Origin: Candidatus Methylomirabilota bacterium
GTDB taxonomy: Bacteria > Methylomirabilota > Methylomirabilia > Rokubacteriales > CSP1-6
Assembly (NCBI GenBank): GCA_046726415.1
Contig: JBKPAK010000265.1
Coordinates: 1-26,993 of the forward strand
Length of the DNA stretch: 26,993 nt
Direction of reading: 5' to 3'
The notes below the pieces were generated by a model. It searched no databases and had not been told where the DNA came from. It worked only from the letters and a program-made list of their open reading frames with translations. Below, in pieces: positions 1 to 8,633 of this stretch (the stretch's first letter is position 1; each line of letters opens with the position of its first letter). A program made the translations under genes and the position numbers.

Positions 1-88
1 CTTCAGGGCCGCGTGCAGCGGTGCCGGGCGACCAAGGGAGCGAGGGCCCAGGGGCGCCTACGATGACGGCTGCCGCAGGAGGACGATC

Positions 89-862
89 ATGGAGAACGAG
101 CTGATCCGCTGCGAGGTGCAGAACGACATCGCCCGGGTGACCATGGACCGCCCACCCGTGAATGCCGTCAACGGCCAGTTCCTGGAGGAACTGACGCGGA
201 CGTTCGACACGCTCAGCGATCGACCCGACGTTCGCGTGGCCATCCTGACCGGTGCCGGCCGCACCTTCTGTGCCGGGGCCGACATCAAGGCGCGTCTGGA
301 GCGAGAGCCGCAGCCCGGAGAGTTCTGGCAGCACAGCCGGCGGGCCCGTGAGGCCTTCCATGCCATCGTCGAGTGCCGCGTTCCCGTGATCGCCGCCATC
401 AACGGCGCCGCCCTCGGTGCCGGGCTGGCCATCGTGGCTTCCTGCGACATCCTGGTGGCCTCAGAGAGCGGCGTGCTCGGGCTTCCGGAAATCAACGTGG
501 GTCTGCTCGGCGGGGGGCGTCACGCCATGCGGCTCTTCTCCCACTCCAAGGTGCGCCGTCTCATGTTGACGGGCCAGCGCATCGCGGGGCCCGAGCTGTA
601 CCGGCTGGGGGTCGTGGAAGAGTGCGTGCCCGCCAACCGGCTCATGGAGGCCGCCACCGCCATCGCCGCCGATATTGCCTCGAAGAGCCCGCTGGCGATC
701 CGGCTCGCCAAGCACGCCTTGAACACCATCGAGTTCATGAATCTGCGGGATGGATACCGGTTCGAGCAGAACATGACGGGCGAGCTCTCCAAGTCCGAAG
801 ACTCCAAGGAAGCCATGCGGGCCTTCGCCGAGAAGCGTCCGGCCGTCTTCAAGGGCCGCTGA
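89..862 (+). CDS. Enoyl-CoA hydratase/isomerase (crotonase) family protein
   Basis: 257 aa; FCAGADI oxyanion motif, PVIAAINGAALGAG, GLPEINVG, typical C-terminus AFAEKRPAVFKGR; AGGAGG RBS upstream of ATG 89. Confidence 0.93.
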   Translation: MENELIRCEVQNDIARVTMDRPPVNAVNGQFLEELTRTFDTLSDRPDVRVAILTGAGRTFCAGADIKARLEREPQPGEFWQHSRRAREAFHAIVECRVPVIAAINGAALGAGLAIVASCDILVASESGVLGLPEINVGLLGGGRHAMRLFSHSKVRRLMLTGQRIAGPELYRLGVVEECVPANRLMEAATAIAADIASKSPLAIRLAKHALNTIEFMNLRDGYRFEQNMTGELSKSEDSKEAMRAFAEKRPAVFKGR

Positions 863-874
863 GCGGAGCGGCCC

Positions 875-1115
875 GCCGCCATCGACATCACGGCCACCTC
901 CGCGCTGGTGTGGGGCTGCGCCCCCGCGGGGTCGGACGAATCCAGGTCGAATACGGCCTCCCGAGAGACTTCGACGGGGCGGCGCACACCCCGCCGGTCG
1001 AGGTGCGAGCCGACCGCGACTTCACCGTCACCGTCGAGCTGACGGGACTCGAGCCGGGACGCGAATACTTCTATCGCGGCGTGCTCGCGACGGCCGCCGG
1101 GGCGGTGGAGCGCGG
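875..1115 (+). pseudogene. Frameshifted fragment of the PhoD-type alkaline phosphatase N-terminal domain
   Basis: One frame reads DITATSALVWG (884-916). After a shift near 916-930 another frame reads RIQVEYG...DRDFTVTVELTGLEPGREYFYRG, matching the PhoD_N pattern (D.T..SA.IW.R ... DFTVKV.V.GL.PG..Y.YR). No start codon and no catalytic domain. Confidence 0.65.
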
Positions 1116-1193
1116 AGCGCCCGAGGCAGCGTCGTCACCCGCGAGAGCGACCGGGTGGCGTCGGTCACTCAGGAGGGTCTCTCGCGCCTCACC

Positions 1194-1546
1194 TTAGGGC
1201 TCGGCCGGCTCGCAGGTCAGGCTGTCATCGCCAAGGGCGCACCGGAACAGCGGCGCCCCCTCCACGTCGCGCAAGGTCGCGGTCCAGCGATGTCGGTGAC
1301 GCTGAAGCGTCACGAAGCCGAACTGGGCCCTGTTCACGCCGCTGGCGACCGGCATGCCGGCGATCTCGAGTCCCGGCAACGGCGTGGTAACGGGCGGATC
1401 CAGAAGAGTTCCACTGTTGCCGACGACCAGCTGAGGAGGACGACCTCGCCGGCGTATGACGGCCGGCCCGCGCCGAACAGCAGGGCGAGGACGATCAGGC
1501 GCGCCAAGAGCTTCCAGGGGCTGCGGGCGACTCTTTCGCGGTTCAT
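1194..1546 (-). pseudogene. Internally deleted secreted protein, probably a metallophosphoesterase (signal peptide plus C-terminal ~80 aa only)
   Basis: AAGGAG RBS, ATG at 1546 and signal peptide MNRERVARSPWKLLARLIVLALLFGAGRPSYA-GEVVLLSW. This is joined out of frame at ~1426-1433 to PPQLVVGNSGT...QFGFVTLQR...WTATLRDVEG...RCAL...LTC-stop, which resembles C-termini of secreted metallophosphoesterases (family recalled from memory). Confidence 0.5.
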
Positions 1547-1779
1547 CCTCACTCCTTCCCGAGAGGCTACGTGGGCGGGGCGGCGCAGGAGTCGGCTTCT
1601 CGAGCTCGTCGAAGTCCCAGAGACAGAAGCAGTCCCCGACCGGAATTGTCCGAGCCGCAGGCGGTGCAACGCACGATGAGAGGGCCACTGATGGAGGCTC
1701 GATACAATGGCGCGACCGGCCTCGCCACCTCTTGACTCTGTCCTGCCCAGGACGCACTCTGCCACCCAGGAGGGATGCC

Positions 1780-2685
1780 ATGGGGCCAAGAGTCGCGCCG
1801 ATCGATGCCACCCTGGGCGCCATCGTGACTGAGCTCGCCCTCGCCCGAATGGACGCCTCGACCTGGAAGACAGTGGAGGAAGCCTTCCACGAGTATGCGG
1901 TCCTGGTCTTCCCCGGGCAGAACCTGACCGAAGCGGAGCAGGTCGCCTTCGCGAATCGCTTCGGCGAGATCGAGCTCCTGGCCGCCGATCCCGAGCAGAA
2001 GGCCGTGGCCATCAGCAACCAGAAGCCCGATGGATCCGTCATGGCCGCGGACGAGCACCGCTTCAAGTCGTTGCGTGGCAACGAGGGGTGGCATACCGAC
2101 AGTTCCTACATGCCGCTCTCCGCGAAGGCCTCGGTGCTGTCGGCGCAGGTGGTCCCTTCGGCTGGCGGTGAGACCGAGTGGGCCGACATGCGGGCGGCGT
2201 ACGATGCCCTGGACGAGGCGCTGCGCCGACGCATCGCGGGGCTCTCGGCTCACCACTCCCTGTATCACTCCCAGGCCAAGATTGGTCACGTGGTGGAGAC
2301 CGGTGCCGGCTATGGTTTTCACGCCAAGGGGGCACCGCTGCGACCGCTCGTGAAGGTGCATCCCGTCACCGGTCGGCCCGCCCTCTACATCGGCCGGCAT
2401 GCGTACGGAATCCCCGGCCTCGACGCGGCCGAGTCGGAGAAGCTCCTGTCCGATCTCGTCGACTTCGCGTGTCGACCGCCCCGAACGTATGCGCACCGCT
2501 GGCAGCCCGGCGATGTGGTCATTTGGGACAATCGCTGCGTACTGCACCGGGCGCGCCCCTATGACTACCGCGAAGTGCGCGTGATGCGGCACACCCGCGT
2601 CGCCGGAGATCCGGCCACCGAGCTCGCTCCCACGTATCGCGACGACCGGGCCACCGCGTACGAGCCTTCGACCTCGAACCGATAG
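1780..2685 (+). CDS. TauD/TfdA family Fe(II)/2-oxoglutarate dioxygenase
   Basis: 301 aa from ATG 1780 with AGGAGG RBS; WHTDSSY (HxD), GGETEWADMRAAYDAL, PLVKVHPVTGR, WDNRCVLHRA, distal Arg in MRHTRVAG. Confidence 0.93.
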   Translation: MGPRVAPIDATLGAIVTELALARMDASTWKTVEEAFHEYAVLVFPGQNLTEAEQVAFANRFGEIELLAADPEQKAVAISNQKPDGSVMAADEHRFKSLRGNEGWHTDSSYMPLSAKASVLSAQVVPSAGGETEWADMRAAYDALDEALRRRIAGLSAHHSLYHSQAKIGHVVETGAGYGFHAKGAPLRPLVKVHPVTGRPALYIGRHAYGIPGLDAAESEKLLSDLVDFACRPPRTYAHRWQPGDVVIWDNRCVLHRARPYDYREVRVMRHTRVAGDPATELAPTYRDDRATAYEPSTSNR

Positions 2686-2876
2686 AACTCGCACCAGGCT
2701 TCCGCGGCCTGGCGCCCGGCTGCGTCGGAGGGTGGCCTGAGCGTTCACGCCGATTGACGCCGGACGCGTGACCGCCGCGCGATGCGTCACCGCGACGCGC
2801 GGTGCCGACATCATCGCGTGGCGCCCGGTATGGCGTGATTTCGACCGAGCCTTGACTCTCTCGAGGCGGAGGGGAA

Positions 2877-3302
2877 CCTCGTCAGTCGATCATGTCGTAG
2901 CTTCGGAGGAGCTTGCCGGGTAAGGCGCCGGTGCAGGTGTTGCTTTCGAACGTGACGGCACCGTTCACCAGGATGTAGCGCATCCCCGTGGGCTTCTGCA
3001 TGCGACGCCACTCGCCGCTGGGAAAATCGCTGGCGTCGGTGGGTTTGTCGTAGACGTAGCCGAGCTCCTCGAGGTTGTAGACCATGATGTCGGCCCAGTC
3101 GCCAATGCGCAGGGTGACGCGGTCTTTGAAGTTGGCCAGCCACGCGGGAAGGCTGCTCATCTTGTAGTGGGCCTGCTCGAGGCTCAGGAGCTGCTTGTCG
3201 CGCACCCAGTAGGACAGGAAATGCACGGGCCAGGGTCTCGTCGCCCCGATTGGCCAGCATGTAGCTGAACGTCGTCTTCAGGCTGTCGTCGAGGGCCAGG
3301 TC
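2877..3302. repeat. Direct repeat copy 1 (3' end of an N-acyl-D-amino-acid deacylase gene)
   Basis: Matches 7150-7658 with 8 substitutions (manual count) and an 83-bp deletion at ACGGGCCAGG (3225-3234). Confidence 0.95.
2882..3302 (-). pseudogene. C-terminal fragment of N-acyl-D-amino-acid deacylase-like amidohydrolase (frameshifted duplicate)
   Basis: LSLEQAHYKMSSLPA...DR(V)TLRIGDWADIMVY...ILVNG...TGALPGKLLRS; lacks the SDGGAH segment (deleted); conserved DRG has become DRV. Confidence 0.88.
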
Positions 3303-3558
3303 GGCTCGGTCGGAGTGAGTATCGGTTCGCCGACTGTTGCACCGGTCCGCGCGACGCACTATTCTCCCGATAACTATGGGAGTGGGAACATGGTCCGCCG
3401 ACCGCGGCACCGGTAGACGCCACCGTCGGCGGCGGCTCGATATGGTGAGCCGCGACGCCTGGGCTGGCTGCTCGGGCGGTCTTTGGGTGGGATGAGCGTC
3501 GTGGAAATGGGGGTCGAGAGGCACGCGGGCCATCCTCCAGTTTGAGGAGCCGGTTGCA

Positions 3559-4530
3559 CTGCCTCGTGGCGTCGCCGACGCGGACGGCGCACGCGGGTTC
3601 GTGCGCAACGCCCACGAGACGATCGACGCCATCAGACTCGACACCGGAGCGCCGATGTGGCGCAGCGGAATCGAGGCAAGGCCTTTACTCGTCGCGGGGG
3701 CTCGCCTGGTGGCGGCGAGCCCGTCTCGAAGCCGCGAGAACGGTCTGGAGATTTTTCTGCTCGATATCGACGGGCGGGGCCACGTCGTCGGTCGAGACGA
3801 ACTCGAATTACCCGACGGGGTCTCCGTCTCATCCCAGGACCGGCGAGATTTCGAGTACGTCACCCGACGGGAAGGCGAGTCGTTGACGCTCAGCTGGAGA
3901 GCGCGCACACGCCTTCGAGGCGGCGCGTACCCGCCGGAAGACGTGAGCCGGGCAGAACGTCGCGAGCTGCGCGGGAGCGTCCTCCTGGATCCGCGGACGG
4001 GCCGCGTATCCGCACGGGAGCTTTCCTCGGAGTCGATGTTCGAGCCGGACTTGCCGCCCTCGCAGCCGTACCGGCTCCAGTCGGTTTGGCGCGAGGTGGC
4101 CTGGAGGGCTGGCTCGCAGATCCTGCGCCTGAGTGTCGCGGGATCGGGCGAGCATCGAACGCTCGCCTTGCAAGCGCTGGGTCCGGGAAGTGACGGCCGG
4201 GCTAAGGCCTTGCTCGAAGGCAGTCGCTTCGAAGCCGAGGTGACCCCATGCGGACGGTACGTGTTCGCGCGCACGTCGAATCCGCCAGGAGACGAGTGGG
4301 CGGTCTTCTCCGCGGAGACGGGCGAGCGCGTGATCACGCTTCGATACGAAGAGGGTGAGCAGTGGCCTTGCGTAATCGGCGAGCGCATCTACTACCTCGC
4401 GGCCGGCGGCCCGCGCCTGGCGGGGAGCGCGGCAATGACAGTCAGGGCGGCCGACCTTCGCACCGGACAGCCCGTGTGGGAGTACGACCTGGATGGGCCC
4501 GGACCGAGACCACCCGCGCTCGCTCGCTAA
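3559..4530 (+). CDS. Hypothetical protein with PQQ-like/beta-propeller repeats
   Basis: IDAIRLDTGAPMWRS and VRAADLRTGQPVWEY are PQQ-type blade motifs. The frame is open upstream of GTG 3601 (LPRGVADADGARGFV). Start uncertain: CTG 3559 follows GAGGAG at 3544-3549; alternative GTG 3601. Confidence 0.6.
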   Translation: MPRGVADADGARGFVRNAHETIDAIRLDTGAPMWRSGIEARPLLVAGARLVAASPSRSRENGLEIFLLDIDGRGHVVGRDELELPDGVSVSSQDRRDFEYVTRREGESLTLSWRARTRLRGGAYPPEDVSRAERRELRGSVLLDPRTGRVSARELSSESMFEPDLPPSQPYRLQSVWREVAWRAGSQILRLSVAGSGEHRTLALQALGPGSDGRAKALLEGSRFEAEVTPCGRYVFARTSNPPGDEWAVFSAETGERVITLRYEEGEQWPCVIGERIYYLAAGGPRLAGSAAMTVRAADLRTGQPVWEYDLDGPGPRPPALAR

Positions 4531-4596
4531 CCGGCCTCATGACGGGGACCGGGACGGGGAGCCGGGGAACAGCGACGCGATCAGCGAGGACACCAC

Positions 4597-7047
4597 ATGA
4601 GCTACGATGCGACCGATGAACCTCTGGCCACCGCGCGCGGCCTCTCAGTGCCCCGGCTTCGTGAGATCCAGGAGGCCCTCAGTCTCGACAACCGGCAGAT
4701 CGGGGAGATGTCGGAGAGCGGTCTGCTTCGGCTTCTCCGGAAGCTCGACCTTCCCGATCGTCCTCGAGCCCGCGTGGAGTACCGGCGGCTACAGGAGATC
4801 GATGACACGGCGCAGATAGAGCCGCAGGCGGTATCCAAGGCTCTTCAGCAGCTGGAGAGCACGCGGCAGCGCGTCGGCGAGACCCGAATCGCAGGCGTGC
4901 CTTGTGGCGTGCGCGTTGCCGCTCGAACACTGTCTCCCCCACCCCTCCAACCCGGAGCCGGCCTCCAGCCTACCGGGGCCGGATGGACCTCTCTCGGACC
5001 GGGAATGATCGGGGGCCGCACGCGCTCGATCGTCATCGATCCGGGGAATCCCGACCGCATCTGGATTGGAAGCGTCGGCGGCGGCGCTTGGCTCACCACG
5101 AACGCCGGGTCGAACTGGTTCCCGGTCGACGACCGCCTGGCGAACCTTGCCGTCTGTTGCCTGGCCATGGATCCCGCCAATCCGCAGATCATCTATGCCG
5201 GCACGGGGGAGGGCTTTCCCAACGTCGACGCGATCCGGGGAGCCGGCATCTTCAGGACCACCGACGGCACCAGCTGGGCGCAGCTCTCCGCCACGAACAA
5301 TCCCGATTTCCATTGGGTCAACCGTATTGCCGTGTCGGCCGACGGCGCGACGGTCCTCGCCGCGACGCGCTCGGGCATCTACCGCAGCGCGAGTGCCGAC
5401 CGGCTCGTCTGGGCCCGGGTTCTCGCGGCCGACGTCGCCGACGTCAAGTTCCATCCGACGGACACTCAGCTGGCCGTCGCTGGCGGGACGCGGGACGGCG
5501 CCGCCCATTTCTCCAGGGACGGTGGCCAGACGTGGCAAACCGCCCAACACGTCAGCCCCTGGTCAGGCCGCGTGGAACTCACCTATGCGGCTCACGATCC
5601 AGCCACGGTTTACTCGTCGGTGCAGATGACGACCGGCCAGATCTGGAGATCCACCGACGGCGGCCGCAATTACTCGAAGCGGAACGCCAATAACGCCAAC
5701 GGCGTCCCGGCGAACTTTCTCGGCCAGCAGGGTTGGTACGACAACGTCATCTGGGCCGGCGACCCCCGCCCGAACCTGCTCATCGTCGGCGGCATCAACC
5801 TCTGGCGAAGCACGGACGGCGGCGACACGCTCCGCCCGATCAGCGACTGGCGCCAGTCCGCATCCGCGCACGCGGACCACCACGCGATCGTGTCGCACCC
5901 CGGCTACAACGGGACGTCGAACCGGATGGTGTTCTTCGGAAACGACGGTGGCATCTATAGGGCGGACGACGTCACGAGCGTCGGCAGCGATGCGAATCGC
6001 ACTCAGGGCTGGACGAATCTCGTCAACGGGTACGCGGTCACGCAGTTCTATTCGGGCGCCGGGAATCCTGCGACCGGCACCATCATCGGCGGAGCTCAGG
6101 ACAACGGCACCCTGAGCCTCACTCCCGCCGCGGGAGCCAACCAGTGGCGGGAGATCTTAGGGGGTGACGGCGGCTACTGCGCCGCCGATCCGAACGATCC
6201 GCAAGTGTTCTACGAGGAGTACGTCCGCCTGGACCTCCACCGCAACGCCAACGGCGCCACGAGCGCCGGCAGCTGGTGGGAGAACTACATCAGCGGCCGC
6301 TTCTTCAACGCGGCCCTGAACGAATGGGATTGGAAACCCAGGCCGCACGTCATCCCGGACGCGATGAACCAGGATGCCCTGTTCATCGCGCCCTTCGTGC
6401 TCGATCCGAACGACTCCAACCGGCTCCTCGCCGGCGGCCTGAGTCTGTGGCGTACGAACGACGCCCGCACCCCCAACACGGACTCCCACGGACCCACCTG
6501 GGAGTCAATCAAGGCTCCGGCCGGCGGCTTCATCAGTGCCATTGCCGTCGCCGCCGGTGACCCCGATCTCATCTGGGTGGGGCACGATCGTGGCCTCGTC
6601 TTCAAGACTGACAACGGCACCGACCCTGCGCCAGTCTGGCAGCTCATGAGCAACGTTGCCGGACTGGCGCCGTTGACCCCGGCGCGGTTCTGCACGCGCA
6701 TCCTGATCGACCCCATGCAGCACACGCGCGTGTACGTCACCTTCGGAGGCTATACGTCCGGCAACGTTTGGCGCTCGGAGGACGCCGGAAAGACGTGGGC
6801 GAACATCTCCGGATCTCTTCCGGAGGCGCCGATACGAGTCTTGGCCCTCCATCCCCGGAGACCCGAGTTCGTCTACCTCGGCACCGAGGTCGGGCTCTTC
6901 ACCAGCGAGGACTTCGGCGCCGCGTGGTCCCCGACGAACGAGGGGCCAACGAACTGCCCCGTCTACGACCTTTTCTGGATGGGTGAGAACCTCATCTGTG
7001 TGACCCACGGCAGGGGGATGTTCAGTATCGACCTGTCAGGCGTGTAG
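4597..7047 (+). CDS. BNR/Asp-box repeat beta-propeller protein (VPS10/GH74-like putative glycosyl hydrolase)
   Basis: 816 aa; GGRTRSIVIDP start; Asp-boxes SRDGGQTW, STDGGRNY, STDGGDTL, SEDAGKTW; family motifs QGWYD, HADHH, GNDGG, GGAQDNG, GGDG, THGRG; GAGGA RBS; no signal peptide. Confidence 0.85.
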   Translation: MSYDATDEPLATARGLSVPRLREIQEALSLDNRQIGEMSESGLLRLLRKLDLPDRPRARVEYRRLQEIDDTAQIEPQAVSKALQQLESTRQRVGETRIAGVPCGVRVAARTLSPPPLQPGAGLQPTGAGWTSLGPGMIGGRTRSIVIDPGNPDRIWIGSVGGGAWLTTNAGSNWFPVDDRLANLAVCCLAMDPANPQIIYAGTGEGFPNVDAIRGAGIFRTTDGTSWAQLSATNNPDFHWVNRIAVSADGATVLAATRSGIYRSASADRLVWARVLAADVADVKFHPTDTQLAVAGGTRDGAAHFSRDGGQTWQTAQHVSPWSGRVELTYAAHDPATVYSSVQMTTGQIWRSTDGGRNYSKRNANNANGVPANFLGQQGWYDNVIWAGDPRPNLLIVGGINLWRSTDGGDTLRPISDWRQSASAHADHHAIVSHPGYNGTSNRMVFFGNDGGIYRADDVTSVGSDANRTQGWTNLVNGYAVTQFYSGAGNPATGTIIGGAQDNGTLSLTPAAGANQWREILGGDGGYCAADPNDPQVFYEEYVRLDLHRNANGATSAGSWWENYISGRFFNAALNEWDWKPRPHVIPDAMNQDALFIAPFVLDPNDSNRLLAGGLSLWRTNDARTPNTDSHGPTWESIKAPAGGFISAIAVAAGDPDLIWVGHDRGLVFKTDNGTDPAPVWQLMSNVAGLAPLTPARFCTRILIDPMQHTRVYVTFGGYTSGNVWRSEDAGKTWANISGSLPEAPIRVLALHPRRPEFVYLGTEVGLFTSEDFGAAWSPTNEGPTNCPVYDLFWMGENLICVTHGRGMFSIDLSGV

Positions 7048-7149
7048 GGCCAGGACCCGTAGGCCATGATGGGCTTCGACGTGACGCGCCGCCCCTGTCG
7101 CGCGCAACCTCGAGCGCAGGGCGAGTGTCGCCCGACAGCTCGGGGCGGT

Positions 7150-7658
7150 CCTCGTCAGTCAATCATGTCGTAGCTCCGGAGGAGCTTGCCGGGTAAGGCG
7201 CCCGTGCAGGTGTTGCTTTCGAACGTGACGGCACCGTTCACCAGGATGTAGCGCATCCCCGTGGGCTTCTGCATGCGACGCCACTCGCCGCCGGGAAAAT
7301 CGCTGGCGTCGGTGGGTTTGTCGTAGACGTAGCCGAGCTCCGCGAGGTTGTAGACCATGATGTCGGCCCAGTCGCCAATGCGCAGGGTGCCGCGGTCTTT
7401 GAAGTTGGCCAGCCACGCGGGAAGGCTGCTCATCTTGTAGTGGGCCTGCTCGAGGCTCAGGAGCTGCTTGTCGCGCACCCAGTAGGACAGGAAATGCACG
7501 GGCCAGGTGCTGATGGTGAGGTAGCGAATGTGGGCGCCACCATCGGACAAGGAGATGTGGGAGAAGGGGTTGGTGATACGACGGGCCAGGGTCTCGTCGC
7601 CCCGATTGGCCAGCATGTGGCTGAACGTCGTCTTCAGGCCGTCGTCGAGGGCCAGGTC
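7150..7658. repeat. Direct repeat copy 2 (within the deacylase remnant)
   Basis: Near-identical to 2877-3302 but retains the 83 bp between two ACGGGCCAGG copies (7498-7507, 7581-7590). Confidence 0.95.
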
Positions 7659-7922
7659 CAGGAAGGCGTCCAGGGGGTGCTTGCCCTGCTTCCCGCCGAG
7701 TTCGGCAATAGTGAGGCCCTCGTAGGGTTGGTTTCGTTCCTGAATCACCTGAACCACGATCATGGTGTGCCAGTCGGTGCGGGCGTGGGGGAACTTTTCG
7801 ACGTCTTGTTTCATGGCCTGACGGGCCGCGGGGTCGCGGAGCTTGGCCGCGCGCTCTTCGGGAGTCCCGACCAGGGGCTGAATCCAGTGGGGCATGTAGT
7901 CGAACATGTTGTACTCGGCCAG
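7155..7922 (-). pseudogene. 5'-truncated N-acyl-D-amino-acid deacylase-like amidohydrolase (C-terminal ~255 aa)
   Basis: GKHPLDAFLDLAL, ISLSDGGAH, LSLEQAHYKM, DRGTLRIGDWADI, TGALPGKLLR. The N-terminal half with the HxH metal motif is absent; similarity stops at ~7920. Confidence 0.85.
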
Positions 7923-8433
7923 GGGCGTGCAAGGCATCATCGTGCCGCACATCAACACCCGTGAGGCGGCCGAGGCCGTGGCCAGAGCGGCCCGATACCA
8001 TCCCGATGGCCATCGGGGTGTCGCCGGTGGACGCCCCCACGATTATGGGGTCGGCGTCTCGCGCGAGCAATCGACGCGCTGGATCAATAGCCAGCTCCTG
8101 GTGATTCCCATGATCGAAGAGACTGAAGCCGTGGACAACCTGGACGCGATCCTCGCAGTATCTGGAGTCGACGTCCTGCACGTCGTGTCCGGCGATCTTG
8201 GTCAAAGCATGGGCAATCCGGATGCGGCCGCGGTACGGCAGCTCATGGGCCAGGTCGTTCCCAGAATCAGGGCCGGGGGCAAATTGGTCGGCGTAGGCGG
8301 CAACTCCCCTGCCGATGCCGCCGGTGTCGCCGAATTCATCAGACTGGGCGCGAATTTCGTGACGATTTCGTCCCTGGGGCTCCTGCGTCTCGGGGCGGAA
8401 GACTTCCGACGGCGCGTGCAGGCAGCCTTGTAG
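7921..8433 (+). pseudogene. 5'-truncated HpcH/HpaI aldolase family gene
   Basis: RGVQGIIVPHINTREAA...RYHPDGHRG...LVIPMIEETEAVDNLDAIL...GVDVL...GDLGQSMG. The N-terminal part with the D.EH motif and catalytic Arg is missing; ATG 7906 lies in antisense deacylase sequence. Confidence 0.82.
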
Positions 8434-8541
8434 GAGGGCAAAGGTGCTGCGCGCTGACTGGCCAGCGCATCCTGCACCTACCCTGGACGATCGTCAAGGA
8501 CGTCGATCATCACGTATGGAGCGATCGGCCCGCTACTCGCC

Positions 8542-8571
8542 TTGACCGCCTCAACGGGCCGGACGTAGCAT
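8542..8571 (+). promoter_or_regulatory. Putative sigma70-type promoter for the ABC cluster
   Basis: TTGACC-18 nt-TAGCAT, ~60 bp upstream of ATG 8634. Confidence 0.4.
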
Positions 8572-8633
8572 CGGCGTCTCGGCGGTCACCTGACGCTTGG
8601 CCCTTTGCAAGTCTCCGCAGAAGGAGCAGAGAG

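Noticed and set aside
1456-1779. N-terminal extension of TauD in the ORF track
   Set aside because: Low complexity, overlaps the minus-strand shell; a strong RBS supports ATG 1780.
2740-2830. GC-rich palindromes downstream of tauD (e.g. ACCGCG-ACG-CGCGGT); also stems at 7119-7133 and 8442-8479
   Set aside because: Short stems without U-tract and not repeated elsewhere; cannot be called terminators, REP or attC sites.
2811-4388. 525-aa minus-strand ORF
   Set aside because: Chance read-through of antisense DNA, a short in-frame deacylase piece (DLALDDSLKTTFS) and then the frameshifted remainder.
4539-4572. Short GGGAC/GGGAG tandem-like repeats before the propeller gene
   Set aside because: Only 3-4 degenerate units; no spacer pattern, not CRISPR.
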